DNA of 64,000 bases, taken from assembly GCA_963769935.1 (NCBI GenBank), contig CAVYNY010000013.1, forward strand, positions 32,001 through 96,000. The letters are read 5' to 3'. Position numbers and translations under genes: made by a program. This document shows, in pieces, positions 50,448 through 60,496 of this stretch. Source of the DNA: an uncultured delta proteobacterium. Its GTDB lineage: Bacteria > Desulfobacterota > Desulfobacteria > Desulfobacterales > JAFDCJ01. The notes below the pieces were generated by a model. It searched no databases. It had not been told where the DNA came from and worked only from the letters and a program-made list of their open reading frames with translations. How positions within the stretch are numbered: position 1 is the first letter of the stretch; each line of letters begins with the position of its first letter.

Positions 50448-51911
50448 CTAAGCCACCTTCTTCAGCGGCTGATTCGTCAAAGGGCGTTTCTCTGCTAGTT
50501 TTCTTCGGTTGACGTATTCCGCTAAAGCCTGTTCCAGTCCCTCGTCAATCGCCGGTTTGCTGTAGGTGGCGATGCGGGCGGCCAGCGCTTCGGCGGCGCT
50601 TTGATCAATGCGTTTGGCCCCATTGGCCCACCATTTCTGATAGTCCCGGCGATTGAACAACCGGGGCTGCGACAGGCTTCTAAATCGACTGAAGGTTGTG
50701 GGGTGCAGCAGGTAATTGCCGCCCGCACCGATACTTTTGATGGTTTCCACATCAATGGTTTGGGGGGATATTTCCAGCGGCACCAGCATGCGACGAATGG
50801 TGGCGCAGACCTCCTCATCGATCAGCCATTTTTCAAAGCTCATTGAGATGAAGGATCCCATCTGACCGCAGGCATGCAAAATAAAATTCGCACCATTGCG
50901 CACTGCGGTGCTCATCAGCACGGCCCCTTCGCCGAGGGCCTGCGCATCCGGGCAATGGGAATCCGTCAGTATTCCGCCGGTGCGGCTTGGCAAATGATAA
51001 AATCCCGCAAGCTGCAGGGCCGCCGAAGCAATAACCACGGTTTCCGGCGCCCCTAAAGCAGAAGCGGCTGTTTTCATATCCAGGGGAGCCGAAGTGGCAC
51101 CATAGATCACAGGCGTACCGGGACCGGCCAACTGGGTTAGAACCAGCCCGCCGAGGATTTCAGCATTTTGCAACGCCAGGAGCCCCGGCAAGGATACCGG
51201 GGCAGTGGAACCGGCCAGAAGCATATTCGTAATGGCAACGGGCTGGCGATAGCGCGCCATTTCCATGATCAGGGTTGTCTGTTCCAGGGAATATTGCAAC
51301 GGAGATGTCGGATTGGCAATGACTACCGTAACCGGTTGCTGCATTAATTTATCCTTCCCGCCCCAGACAAGTTCCGCCATTTCAAGAGAATCGCGGGCTG
51401 CCGAACCGGAAGTCGTGGCCGACCCGAAAGGCTTGTCGCACATGACGATGTTGGCATAAACCATGTCCAGGTGAGCCGTGTGCGGGGGAAGGTCGGTCGG
51501 CTGCACCATCAGAAAAGCTGTCAGGTCCAATTGATCGGATGTTTGCACCAGTTTGCAGCAGGTTATGTAATCTTTAAATGTCGCCGGTCGCTGCTCTCCG
51601 CTGACCTCCGCCACGTTCGGCGCTCCGGCCGTCGGAATGAAAACAAAATCATCCTCACCGATGGAAACACTATTTTTCGGGTTTCTGGCAAGTATGGTGA
51701 ACCGCGGCGGCACCGTCTTCAAGGCGTTGGATACGTCGTTTTCAGTAATGAAAACTCGCTTGCCTTCGGTCCTGAAACCCTTTTTTTTAAATAGATCTAC
51801 GGTCGCGGCGTCGTTAAAATTAATACCGGCATGCGCTAAAATATCCATGGATGCGTCATGGAGTTGATTCAATTCATACCGGGTAAAGGTCTGCATTCGA
51901 TCGTGCATCAC
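50448..51911 (-). CDS. Trimethylamine methyltransferase (MttB) family, non-pyrrolysine
   Basis: LH.ASM.IL, SPLQY, GSTAPVSLPG…NAEILGG, PG.PVIYG, DAQA.GE, HACG, SFEKWLID; no in-frame TAG. Confidence 0.88.
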   Translation of the reverse strand: MMHDRMQTFTRYELNQLHDASMDILAHAGINFNDAATVDLFKKKGFRTEGKRVFITENDVSNALKTVPPRFTILARNPKNSVSIGEDDFVFIPTAGAPNVAEVSGEQRPATFKDYITCCKLVQTSDQLDLTAFLMVQPTDLPPHTAHLDMVYANIVMCDKPFGSATTSGSAARDSLEMAELVWGGKDKLMQQPVTVVIANPTSPLQYSLEQTTLIMEMARYRQPVAITNMLLAGSTAPVSLPGLLALQNAEILGGLVLTQLAGPGTPVIYGATSAPLDMKTAASALGAPETVVIASAALQLAGFYHLPSRTGGILTDSHCPDAQALGEGAVLMSTAVRNGANFILHACGQMGSFISMSFEKWLIDEEVCATIRRMLVPLEISPQTIDVETIKSIGAGGNYLLHPTTFSRFRSLSQPRLFNRRDYQKWWANGAKRIDQSAAEALAARIATYSKPAIDEGLEQALAEYVNRRKLAEKRPLTNQPLKKVA

Positions 51912-52220
51912 ATAGCTCCGAATTTTTATTAGTGGTGACCGGACTTGATGTGTCTTATTAGGGTCTTTGCGGCAACTTTCTTTGGCGCGTCCGGGTTAGT
52001 ACATTCAAAATCAATGCCAGTTCGGTAACTATTTATTATTACTTATAATAAAAAATTTTCCCAATATCTTTTTCGGACACGACAAGACCGCTTTCACAGG
52101 GGACACTCCCAGGACCGATTCATATCCTGTACCAAGTACCTGAAATTTTGTAATATAATTTTAAGAACCCGTAATTCTCCTTTAACCGCCTATGAGAACT
52201 GAAAATTCCGAAAATCAGCG

Positions 52221-52242
52221 ACCACCGGCGGAGCCGGTGGCT
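52221..52242 (-). terminator. GC-rich hairpin after the metallophosphoesterase stop
   Basis: CCACCGGC-GGA-GCCGGTGG perfect stem; could instead be an IS200/REP-type hairpin. Confidence 0.5.
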
Positions 52243-52865
52243 TATGAATGGAGTGAGAAGGATTTAATGGAGTTATCAGCCGGGTTCCACACCATATACA
52301 ATCCTCGGGTCAATGCACCGCAGGTTACCACCGAGGGTATTCTTCCCGCCAGATCGATCTTTTCTCCCGGCCCAAGGCGGTGGGATGTGACTCCCCGACC
52401 CTGCGGCTGGACAATTTCCGGGGAATGGCTGTGACCCCTGAAAATAATATGATGGGGAAATTCATTGAAGGAACGAAGTGCTTCACTTTTGCCCAATGTA
52501 CCGATCATGGAGGAAAGACCCAGCGTGTCGGCAAACGGCAGGGAATGGGTAAAAACCGCATTTTGATAAAATTGGATCAACGGCGCGGCCTGCAGATATC
52601 GCCAAACCCCGGGTGCCGCAAACGGGCATTGACGATCGATGTTATTGGCGATGATCGCCTGATCATTGTTGCCCTTGATCATAGTCACATGCTGTTCCTG
52701 CAGAAGACGCAGACAGGCTTCGGCGGTCTCGGGGTGGGCGGAGTCGCAGACATCGCCAAGATGATAGACGGCCAGACAGGCCAATTTTGACAGCATTTCC
52801 AGGGCGGCCTGAATCGTATCGGGCTGTCCGTGGCTGTCGGCCATGATTCCTATTAAAAGCGTCAT
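52242..52865 (-). CDS. Calcineurin-like metallophosphoesterase
   Basis: DSHG, HLGD, GNND, GHSH. Confidence 0.88.
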   Translation of the reverse strand: MTLLIGIMADSHGQPDTIQAALEMLSKLACLAVYHLGDVCDSAHPETAEACLRLLQEQHVTMIKGNNDQAIIANNIDRQCPFAAPGVWRYLQAAPLIQFYQNAVFTHSLPFADTLGLSSMIGTLGKSEALRSFNEFPHHIIFRGHSHSPEIVQPQGRGVTSHRLGPGEKIDLAGRIPSVVTCGALTRGLYMVWNPADNSIKSFSLHS

Positions 52866-53036
52866 TTCATCAACACATGAAACTTAAGAAATGAACATCC
52901 TGCCTGACAGCCGGCCAGAAGCGTCTTTACAATTTTACGGCAACCGGGCTTCGGATGACAACCTAAGTACCTTAAAACTCTTAGAAAAAGAAAAGAAAAC
53001 CCTTTTATACCTGAAGCAAGCCTTTATCCGGCCTTA

Positions 53037-53052
53037 TGGAATAAATTTTGCA
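53037..53052 (+). promoter_or_regulatory. Candidate sigma-54 (-24/-12) promoter
   Basis: TGGAATAAATTTTGCA = GG-N10-GC upstream of the CheX-FliN gene; weaker variants at 37541-37556 (-) and 52004-52019 (-). Confidence 0.45.
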
Positions 53053-53310
53053 TTCCTGACCATGCTAACGACCTCAATACGGTACAAAACCGATAAGAGG
53101 GCTGCCTGGTGCGGTTAAAGAATCATAAACCAAAGGACCCGTCTTTAATTTCAGCCCCCCAGGGGTGTTGGTTGGCGACTGTCGACCAAAGAAACAATGC
53201 AACCATATTGTCAGGATACGCGATTTTCTAATGCATGACAAACTCAAATTTCAATCTTTCGCCCAAGGTTCTCCAATCAACAGCTGCTGGGGATCACTTC
53301 GGAACGCCGC

Positions 53311-54867
53311 ATGAGTATAGAAAATTTTGATATCCGGAGCCATGTCGTCGATTCCATTGTCGAGACGTTCGATACGATGGTATCGATGGAAATCGAGGTT
53401 TCTGATTCCGAACCGCCCGATACCACCGGTGTAAGCCGCATGGTGGCCGCCGTGAATTTTGCCGGTCATGTCATCGGACTGATCAATATCCAGGTTACCT
53501 CTGAATTGTCCCGTCAGATGATGGCCAATATGCAGGAAATCGAACCTGAGGAGGTCGAAGATGAAGCCGAAATCAAGGATATGCTGGCTGAAATCACCAA
53601 CATCGTCGGCGGCAATCTGAAATCGGCTTTGAATGATGCCGGTCACACCTGTGTAATTTCAACGCCTTCGCTGACCTACGGGGCCGATTTTTCCATCAAA
53701 TCCCTCAGTATGGAAAGGTTTGAGCGCTTTGTCTTCAGTTACCGGCAAGAATTTATCATTGTGGAAGTCGGTGTCAAAACCCAGCAGATTTCAGCGGAAG
53801 CGGATGATCTCAATGCCAACGATTCTCTGGGCCGGCTAAAGCATGTCGATATCGAAAAAATTAACGACCTGAATTTAAAGACCATCGTCTCCGAGTCGGT
53901 AATTGATGTTTTTGATACGATGCTTTCGGCCAAGCTGGAAATTACCGATACGATTTCCCCTGATAGTCTGGAAAAGGTCCGCAACGTGGGCTCAGTGAGT
54001 TTTGCCGGAGATGCAACCGGTATGGTCAGCATTCATGTGGGGGATAATTTCTCGCGCGAATTGGCGGCCGACATGCTGGGGATGGAGATTGAGGAGCTTG
54101 AGAGCGATGAAGAGATCCGGGATATGCTCGGCGAGTTGAGCAATATCGTCGGCGGAAATTTAAAATCGACATTTACCGATGCCGGCTTGGTCTGTGCCCT
54201 CTCCACCCCTTCCTTCACTACCGGAGCCGACTTCAAAATCGAATCGCTCAATATGGGTAAATATGAACGGTTCGCTTTTAATTGTGATGACAACATCGTT
54301 TTCGTCGAAATGGGGGTAAAGATATCTGAACTGGTGCAGGCAGCCGGCCAGCAGGGTAAGGACATCCACTATTCCGTAGCGGATGCAGCCGGTGCTGAGA
54401 TCCTCTCCGAGGAAGATATCGCAGCTGCGCTTGCAGCAGCAGCAGAAGAAGCCGCCGAAACTGATGCTGTCTCGCCGGCTCCAGTCGCTGAACTTCCGGC
54501 CGAAAATCAGATAACCGCACCGCCGCAGCACCCACCGGTAGAGCCGTCCGCTCAGGAAGCAAATTATGCAGAGCCTGAAGAAGATGCACCGACCCCTCCT
54601 GAAGATTTCGACCTTGAGCTGTTATTTGATATTCCGCTGGAAATCAAGGTTGAACTTGGCCGGGTCCGAATCCAGATCCAGGAATTGCTGAACCTGGTAC
54701 CCGGATCGGCCGTCAAACTAGTCAAGCTTGAGGGGGAGCCGGTTGATATTCTGGCCAACGATACGTTGATCGCCAGAGGCGAAGTCGTCGTTCAAAGGGA
54801 AAAGTACGGCATACGCGTCACCGAGATTACCAGCCGTCTGGATCGGATGAGAAGTTTTAGCATATAA
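53311..54867 (+). CDS. Tandem CheX domains fused to a FliN/SpoA C-terminal domain (FliY-like)
   Basis: Two repeats with E..NIVGGNLK…STPS; acidic linker; C-terminal DIPLEIKVELG…GEPVDI…ARGEVVV…YGIRVTEI. Confidence 0.85.
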   Translation: MSIENFDIRSHVVDSIVETFDTMVSMEIEVSDSEPPDTTGVSRMVAAVNFAGHVIGLINIQVTSELSRQMMANMQEIEPEEVEDEAEIKDMLAEITNIVGGNLKSALNDAGHTCVISTPSLTYGADFSIKSLSMERFERFVFSYRQEFIIVEVGVKTQQISAEADDLNANDSLGRLKHVDIEKINDLNLKTIVSESVIDVFDTMLSAKLEITDTISPDSLEKVRNVGSVSFAGDATGMVSIHVGDNFSRELAADMLGMEIEELESDEEIRDMLGELSNIVGGNLKSTFTDAGLVCALSTPSFTTGADFKIESLNMGKYERFAFNCDDNIVFVEMGVKISELVQAAGQQGKDIHYSVADAAGAEILSEEDIAAALAAAAEEAAETDAVSPAPVAELPAENQITAPPQHPPVEPSAQEANYAEPEEDAPTPPEDFDLELLFDIPLEIKVELGRVRIQIQELLNLVPGSAVKLVKLEGEPVDILANDTLIARGEVVVQREKYGIRVTEITSRLDRMRSFSI

Positions 54868-54880
54868 CTTTCGTCATTCG

Positions 54881-55378
54881 TCAATCGTCATTCAAAGACG
54901 GCACCTTCAATACCCTAACCTCATGGCCGGTTTTGGCGATAAATCGCCTCAAATTCTCGCGGGAAATAACCAGGGTGCTGGTGTTTACCAGCGGATGAAA
55001 CTGAAAAGCCTCTGCTTCCCATAAATTCTCATCGACAATTAGTTCCACCGCCTGGTGGGGATCATTGAAAACGGCGAACAGAGTGACGGAACCGGGTTCT
55101 ACGCCGAGATACTTTTTGAGCCGATCCGCTGATCCAAAACTTAAGCGGTCTGATCCAACCACTTGCGGCAAAGCTTTTATGTCGACCCTTTTTTCAGCCG
55201 GAACGACTACCAGGAAATGCCGCTTTCCTTTTTTATCCCGCAGGAATAGATTCTTGGTCTTGGCGGCCGGCAGCGGCGGCACCAGGCGGCCGGCTTCTTC
55301 TACCGTATAAACCGGCGGATGATCGTGTCGTTCGTACTCAATGCGGTTCTTCTCTAGAAACTTATAAAAATCGTACAT
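54881..55378 (-). CDS. ProX/YbaK-family aminoacyl-tRNA editing protein
   Basis: HPPVYTVEE, TKNLFLRDKK, LGVEPGSVT, FHPLVNT. Confidence 0.9.
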   Translation of the reverse strand: MYDFYKFLEKNRIEYERHDHPPVYTVEEAGRLVPPLPAAKTKNLFLRDKKGKRHFLVVVPAEKRVDIKALPQVVGSDRLSFGSADRLKKYLGVEPGSVTLFAVFNDPHQAVELIVDENLWEAEAFQFHPLVNTSTLVISRENLRRFIAKTGHEVRVLKVPSLNDD

Positions 55379-55424
55379 GTTTCTCTGCTAAGCCCGATAA
55401 GTCTGAGCCTAATGTGCTCGATGT

Positions 55425-55560
55425 ATGTTGTGTGTTGTGAGTTGCAGGTTGCTGGTTGTGATTAGTTGAGGTGGCGAACGTCATCTTTTAAATCTTCAAG
55501 GATGAAGATAAAAATTCGACGTAATCCGTTTTTACAACAAACCACAAACAACACGCAACC
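55425..55560. repeat. Inverted heptamer-arm element (TGTTG/CAACA type)
   Basis: TGTTGTGTGTTGTGAGTTGCAGGTTGCTGGTTG ... ACAACAAACCACAAACAACACGCAACC; right arm also near 49041. Confidence 0.6.
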
Positions 55561-55609
55561 GACACTTTGATCAACCCTTAAGCTTCGATCATGGGGTTAA
55601 CTTTCATAC

Positions 55610-55954
55610 TTAATCTGCCTTGTTTATATTGCCGCTATGTCCGTCAATGGTTGATGTCGGGAAAATGGGGGTGTCTTTCAGCGCTTTATCCGGATATTTT
55701 CCAAGGGAGCTGCCGGTATGGCAGCCCGGCCAGCATCGCACCCGGTAATAACGAACCGGATGATCCGGCACCGGACCATCGCTGGGATAATAGATGCCGG
55801 GTGCAATCGGTACCTCCCACGTGATCTTTTCCGGGGACGGGCCCGCGTTAGCTTGTGAACTCTTCGATCCTGCGGTATGGCTGCCGAAAACCGGCAGCAA
55901 CCCCACAACAGATACCAGGAACAAACAGGAAACAAGGAAAATGATAGGTTTCAT
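55610..55954 (-). CDS. Small secreted protein with CWPGCH (CX3CH) motif
   Basis: AGGAGG RBS, signal peptide, single CX3CH. Confidence 0.7.
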   Translation of the reverse strand: MKPIIFLVSCLFLVSVVGLLPVFGSHTAGSKSSQANAGPSPEKITWEVPIAPGIYYPSDGPVPDHPVRYYRVRCWPGCHTGSSLGKYPDKALKDTPIFPTSTIDGHSGNINKAD

Positions 55955-56026
55955 TTTAAGTTCCTCCTTTCACCTGTGGTTCGTCCAGAGTAACATTAAA
56001 GTCAGTTTTTGATAAGTCTGCCCTTA

Positions 56027-57424
56027 TTATTCGCTGGCCAGCGCTTCAACCTCTTCAATATTTTTCGCAATGGGTCTTCCCAGTACCCGCCGACCGTCGG
56101 GTAGAACCAGGACATCATCTTCAATGCGAACGCCTCCGAAATCCCGATAGGCTTCGACTTTGGCATAATCAATAAATTCTGCGAATTTTTTTTCAGCCTT
56201 CCACTGATCCATAAGATGGGGCATAAAATACAAACCGGGCTCGACTGTTAGAACAAAACCGGGCTCAAGCTTTCTGGCAAGCCTCAAATAACAAAGACCA
56301 AACTGCGGATTTCTCGAAATGGTATCCGTGTACCCCACATAGTCTTCGCCCAGATCTTCCATGTCATGCACGTCCAGACCCAGCATATGTCCCAGGCCGT
56401 GGGGCAAGAACAGGGCATGCGCACCGGCGGCAACGGCTTCGTCCACGTCGCCCGACATTAAACCCAGGGCTTTTAAACCCAGTACCACCTCTCTGGCTGC
56501 AATAAGATGCACTTCACGGTATTCAATGCCGGTGCGGATACTTTCAATTGCTTTTTGTTGGGCCTGCAAAACGACGGCATAAATTTCCTTTTGCCGCGGG
56601 GTAAATTTCCCGCCGACCGGAAAGGTTCTGGTGATATCGCCGGCATAGTGCAGGGCCGACTCACACCCGGAGTCGTTGATGACCAAAGCCCCGGCTTGCA
56701 TCTGATTGCCGTGTCGTGGATTATGAAGGATCTGCCCTTGCGTCGTAAAAATAATCGGATAGGCCAGCCCGCTGCCGGCCCGGGCATAGGCACACGCGAC
56801 CATGGCTGCGACGATCTCATTTTCACTCATACCCGGCTGCGCCATTCTCATTGCCAGGGTTTGCATATCATAGGTAACATCAAGCGCGGTCTCGATCTGC
56901 TGAATTTCTTCTTCGGTCTTGACAGACCGCTGGGCCACCACGGCTTTGATGAGGGCCGGCGAGGCATGATAGTTGACAACCGCAACGTTCAGCCCCAGCA
57001 AATCCTGAATCTTGATAAGGTTCTCCGGCCGATATTGGGGCAGAAAATGAATACGGCGACCCTTTCGCACGGCTTCATTTATGGTGACATTTAGCTGCGC
57101 CAGGGTGGCCTCATCTTTTACACCACATTTCAGGCAATGCGCTTTTAATGATGGTTGGGGTCCGCTCCAGATGATGTCATCGACCGTCGATTCCGAACCG
57201 AACACGATTTCCCGGTCCTGCTCGATGTCGATGATCGCCGCCAGTCCCGGCAAATCAATACCCCAGAAGTACAGAAAGGAGCTGTCCTGCCGGAATAAAT
57301 ATTGGTTGTCCGGAAAGTTCATCGGACTTCTTTGGTTGCCTAAAAATAAAATGAGGCCGGATTTCAGATCTTCCTGCAAACGTCTGCGTCTGGCGATGTA
57401 CGTCTCTGCTGAAAACATCTTCAT
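56027..57424 (-). CDS. pepP: Xaa-Pro aminopeptidase (M24B)
   Basis: FRQDSSFLY, DITRT, HGLGHMLGLDVHD, TVEPGLY, GVRIEDD. Confidence 0.93.
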   Translation of the reverse strand: MKMFSAETYIARRRRLQEDLKSGLILFLGNQRSPMNFPDNQYLFRQDSSFLYFWGIDLPGLAAIIDIEQDREIVFGSESTVDDIIWSGPQPSLKAHCLKCGVKDEATLAQLNVTINEAVRKGRRIHFLPQYRPENLIKIQDLLGLNVAVVNYHASPALIKAVVAQRSVKTEEEIQQIETALDVTYDMQTLAMRMAQPGMSENEIVAAMVACAYARAGSGLAYPIIFTTQGQILHNPRHGNQMQAGALVINDSGCESALHYAGDITRTFPVGGKFTPRQKEIYAVVLQAQQKAIESIRTGIEYREVHLIAAREVVLGLKALGLMSGDVDEAVAAGAHALFLPHGLGHMLGLDVHDMEDLGEDYVGYTDTISRNPQFGLCYLRLARKLEPGFVLTVEPGLYFMPHLMDQWKAEKKFAEFIDYAKVEAYRDFGGVRIEDDVLVLPDGRRVLGRPIAKNIEEVEALASE

Positions 57425-57636
57425 TTACTCCCTGATAATATTTAACCGGTTTCTCCAATATCGATCGCGATCTAATTATTTAACTTAACATAGGTAGAAC
57501 GCAAATACTAATAATTATAGCTTTTTTCTACCCTCTGACCTCTGTCTTCTGACACCTGAAACCTCATATCCCTCCTCTGTCTTCCGTCCCTTTTTAATCT
57601 CACCTTCCCAACCTTGCTGCCTTCTTTCTTTCTCAT

Positions 57637-58632
57637 CTACCCAAGGGCCTTCAGTCTCACGGGACATGCCACCCAGTGATCACCGGCAACTTTTTCAAGA
57701 ATCGGCATCTCGACTGAGCATTCCGGGATAGCATAGGAGCAGCGGGGATGAAACCGGCACCCCGCGGGCGGATCGATGGCGCTGGGAATCTCACCCTTGG
57801 GAATGGGATCGGTGCGTCGAAACTTGGGGTCCGGCACCGGTACTGCCGCCAGCAGCGAAATTGTATAGGGATGCACCGGACGTTTGAATACTTCATCTAA
57901 GGGGCCTATTTCAAGGATCTGCCCCAGATACATGATGGCAAGGCGGTCGCAGATATATTTACAGGTGGCCAAATCGTGGGTTATAAAAAGATAGGTCAGG
58001 TCGAACTCTTCTTTTAATTTAACCATCAGTTCCAGAATCATCGATCTGACGGAAACGTCGGCCATGGCGATCGGCTCATCAGCCACCACGAAATCCGGAT
58101 TCGTGATCAAGGCCCTGGCAATTACAACCCGCTGGCGCTGACCCCCGGAGAGTTGATGCGGGTATTTCCGGCTCAAAAAACGGGCGGGTGCAAGCCCGAC
58201 CTTTTCCATGATCTCATGGGTCATATCCCTGATTTCAGCCGGTTTGTACGCGGTATGGATTTTCAGCGGATATCCGATGGAAGCCCCGATGCTCATGCGC
58301 GGGCTCAAAGATGCGAAAGGATCTTGAAAAATAACCTGGATTTTTTCACGCATCCGGCGCATCTCCTCTTTCTTTTTCAGGGCCAGAGACTTTCCACGGT
58401 ATAAAATTTCCCCGGCGGTAGGTTCCACCAGCTTCAATACCAATCTGCCGGTAGTGGTCTTCCCGCAACCGCTTTCGCCGGCCAGTCCCAATACTTCGCC
58501 TTCCCGGATAAAGAATGAAATATCGTCAACGGCGTGAACGACCCGCTTTTCCTTCGACAGCAATTGCGCCAGGAACCCCTTGTCCAGCGCAAAATGTTTA
58601 ATCAGATTTTTAACTTCAAGCAATTTTTCCAT
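57637..58632 (-). CDS. Peptide ABC transporter ATPase (OppF/DppF-like)
   Basis: GESGCGKT, LSGGQRQR, HPYT, C-terminal GCRFHPRC. Confidence 0.93.
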   Translation of the reverse strand: MEKLLEVKNLIKHFALDKGFLAQLLSKEKRVVHAVDDISFFIREGEVLGLAGESGCGKTTTGRLVLKLVEPTAGEILYRGKSLALKKKEEMRRMREKIQVIFQDPFASLSPRMSIGASIGYPLKIHTAYKPAEIRDMTHEIMEKVGLAPARFLSRKYPHQLSGGQRQRVVIARALITNPDFVVADEPIAMADVSVRSMILELMVKLKEEFDLTYLFITHDLATCKYICDRLAIMYLGQILEIGPLDEVFKRPVHPYTISLLAAVPVPDPKFRRTDPIPKGEIPSAIDPPAGCRFHPRCSYAIPECSVEMPILEKVAGDHWVACPVRLKALG

Positions 58633-58648
58633 GGTCTAATTCTGAGAC

Positions 58649-59608
58649 TTAATCATACAGCCAGCATGCGGCAAGATGGCCGTCATCTTCAAAAAACGGC
58701 GGAATCTCCCGGCGGCATTTGTCCATGACGTACGGACACCTGGGGTGGAATACGCAGCCGGAGGGCGGATCCACCAGATCCGGCGGTGCGCCCGGCATGG
58801 AGTGAAGCTCCGGCTGGTCCAGTTTGATGTTCGGAATGGATGTCAGAAGCCCCTGAGTGTAAGGATGTCTGGGATCGGCAAATACGGCCTCGACGCTGCC
58901 GGTTTCCGCCAGACGGCCGCCATACATGACCGAAACCCGATCCGCCAGTTGGGCAACGATGCCGATATTGTGAGAGATGAGCAGGATGGTCAGGTTGAAC
59001 TGTCGGCGCAGCTCGTTTAGAAGATCCAGGAATTGGGCTTCAACAATCACATCCAGTGCCGTCGTCGGTTCATCGGCAATAAGCAGATCCGGGTTCAGCA
59101 CCAGGGCGATTCCGATCATTATTCTCTGCCGCATACCGCCGGACATCTGATGGGGGTATTCGTACAGCCGATCCGGTGCAATCCCCAGACGTTCGAGCAT
59201 ATTTGCCGCCCGTTCACGGGCCTCTTTTCTGGAAACCCCTTTTTCATGGGTTTGGATGGTTTCCACGAACTGGTCGCCGACGCGGAAAAGCGGATTGAGC
59301 GATGTCAGCGGGTCTTGAAAAATCATGGCGATACGTTTGCCCCTGATACGCAGGAGTTCGTTTTCACTCATGGTCACAATGTCGGTGCCATGATAGAGTA
59401 TCCGGCCTCCGGCGATTTTTCCCGGGGGTCTGAGCAGCCTGAGAATGGAAAAACCCAGGGTGGATTTGCCGCAGCCGGACTCTCCCACCAGTCCCATGAC
59501 CTCGCCTTGCCTGAGGCCCAGGGTTACATTTTCAACTGCGCGGACCGTCCCGATGTGGATGGGAAAATGCACGTGCAGGTTTTCGATTTCAAGGATATTG
59601 CTGCTCAC
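58649..59608 (-). CDS. Peptide ABC transporter ATPase (OppD/DppD-like)
   Basis: [24 protein letters not shown]. Confidence 0.93.
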   Translation of the reverse strand: MSSNILEIENLHVHFPIHIGTVRAVENVTLGLRQGEVMGLVGESGCGKSTLGFSILRLLRPPGKIAGGRILYHGTDIVTMSENELLRIRGKRIAMIFQDPLTSLNPLFRVGDQFVETIQTHEKGVSRKEARERAANMLERLGIAPDRLYEYPHQMSGGMRQRIMIGIALVLNPDLLIADEPTTALDVIVEAQFLDLLNELRRQFNLTILLISHNIGIVAQLADRVSVMYGGRLAETGSVEAVFADPRHPYTQGLLTSIPNIKLDQPELHSMPGAPPDLVDPPSGCVFHPRCPYVMDKCRREIPPFFEDDGHLAACWLYD

Positions 59609-59609
59609 A

Positions 59610-60494
59610 CTAGCGCTCCAGCAATCTGGGATTCAAAATTTCAGAAAGCCCTTCACCCAGCATGGTAAACCCTACCGCTAATAGCGAAATCATGGCGCCC
59701 GGAAAAGTAATCAGCCACCACTGGCCCGACGGCAAAAACTTTTTCCCCATGGCAAGATCCATACCCCAGTCCACCACGCTGGGCGGCAGTCCCAAACCCA
59801 GGTAAGTTAAAGCCGCCTCGATCATGATGGCATCCCCGACGTTCATGGTAAACACCACGGCCGTAGTGGCAATGACATTGGGGAAAATATATTTCCACAG
59901 GATCGTTTTACCGGGGGCACCAATGGCCTTGGCCGCCTCGACATACAGCTCTTCCTTGATGGTCAAGGTCTGTCCGCGCACCAGCCGAAAATAGGTCGGA
60001 ATATAAATGATCGCCACAGCGAACGTAATGCTGATGACGCCCGGCTCAAGCATGGCCGCAAAAACGATGGCCAGAATCAGACCCGGGAAGGAGTAAACGG
60101 AGTCCATGACGAGGGATAAAATCCGGTCGAAGGCCCCGCCTGAAAATCCGGATATCAGCCCCATGGTAATGCCGACCAGCGAAGATATGACGGCCGCCAG
60201 AATGGCCACCCCCAGAATCGTCCGGGCGCCGTAAATGATGCGGGAAAACACGTCGCGCTGCAAATTGTCGGTCCCCATTAAATGCGCCTCACTGGGCGGA
60301 GCCAGCTGAGGGCCGGTATTCTGGTCATAAGGACTGTAGGGTGCAATGGCTCCGGCAAACAGGGCCATCAACATAATCCCCACAATGATGACGCCGCCGG
60401 CCACCAGAATCCACCACTCAACGCCGTACTTCTGTCCCATGCGCGCGAAGCGCCCGATCAATCCGGCCAAAGCCTCTGTGGGAGAATGTTTCAT
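59610..60494 (-). CDS. Peptide ABC permease (OppC/DppC-like)
   Basis: [22 protein letters not shown] loop. Confidence 0.92.
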   Translation of the reverse strand: MKHSPTEALAGLIGRFARMGQKYGVEWWILVAGGVIIVGIMLMALFAGAIAPYSPYDQNTGPQLAPPSEAHLMGTDNLQRDVFSRIIYGARTILGVAILAAVISSLVGITMGLISGFSGGAFDRILSLVMDSVYSFPGLILAIVFAAMLEPGVISITFAVAIIYIPTYFRLVRGQTLTIKEELYVEAAKAIGAPGKTILWKYIFPNVIATTAVVFTMNVGDAIMIEAALTYLGLGLPPSVVDWGMDLAMGKKFLPSGQWWLITFPGAMISLLAVGFTMLGEGLSEILNPRLLER

Positions 60495-60496
60495 AA

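Noticed and set aside
50448..51911. Pyrrolysine-containing MttB
   Set aside because: Continuous ORF with no in-frame TAG; no pyl genes.
53060..53310. Riboswitch (c-di-GMP type) in the long leader of the CheX-FliN gene
   Set aside because: Could not find the conserved GCAAA/GNRA/receptor pattern by eye; a covariance search would be needed.
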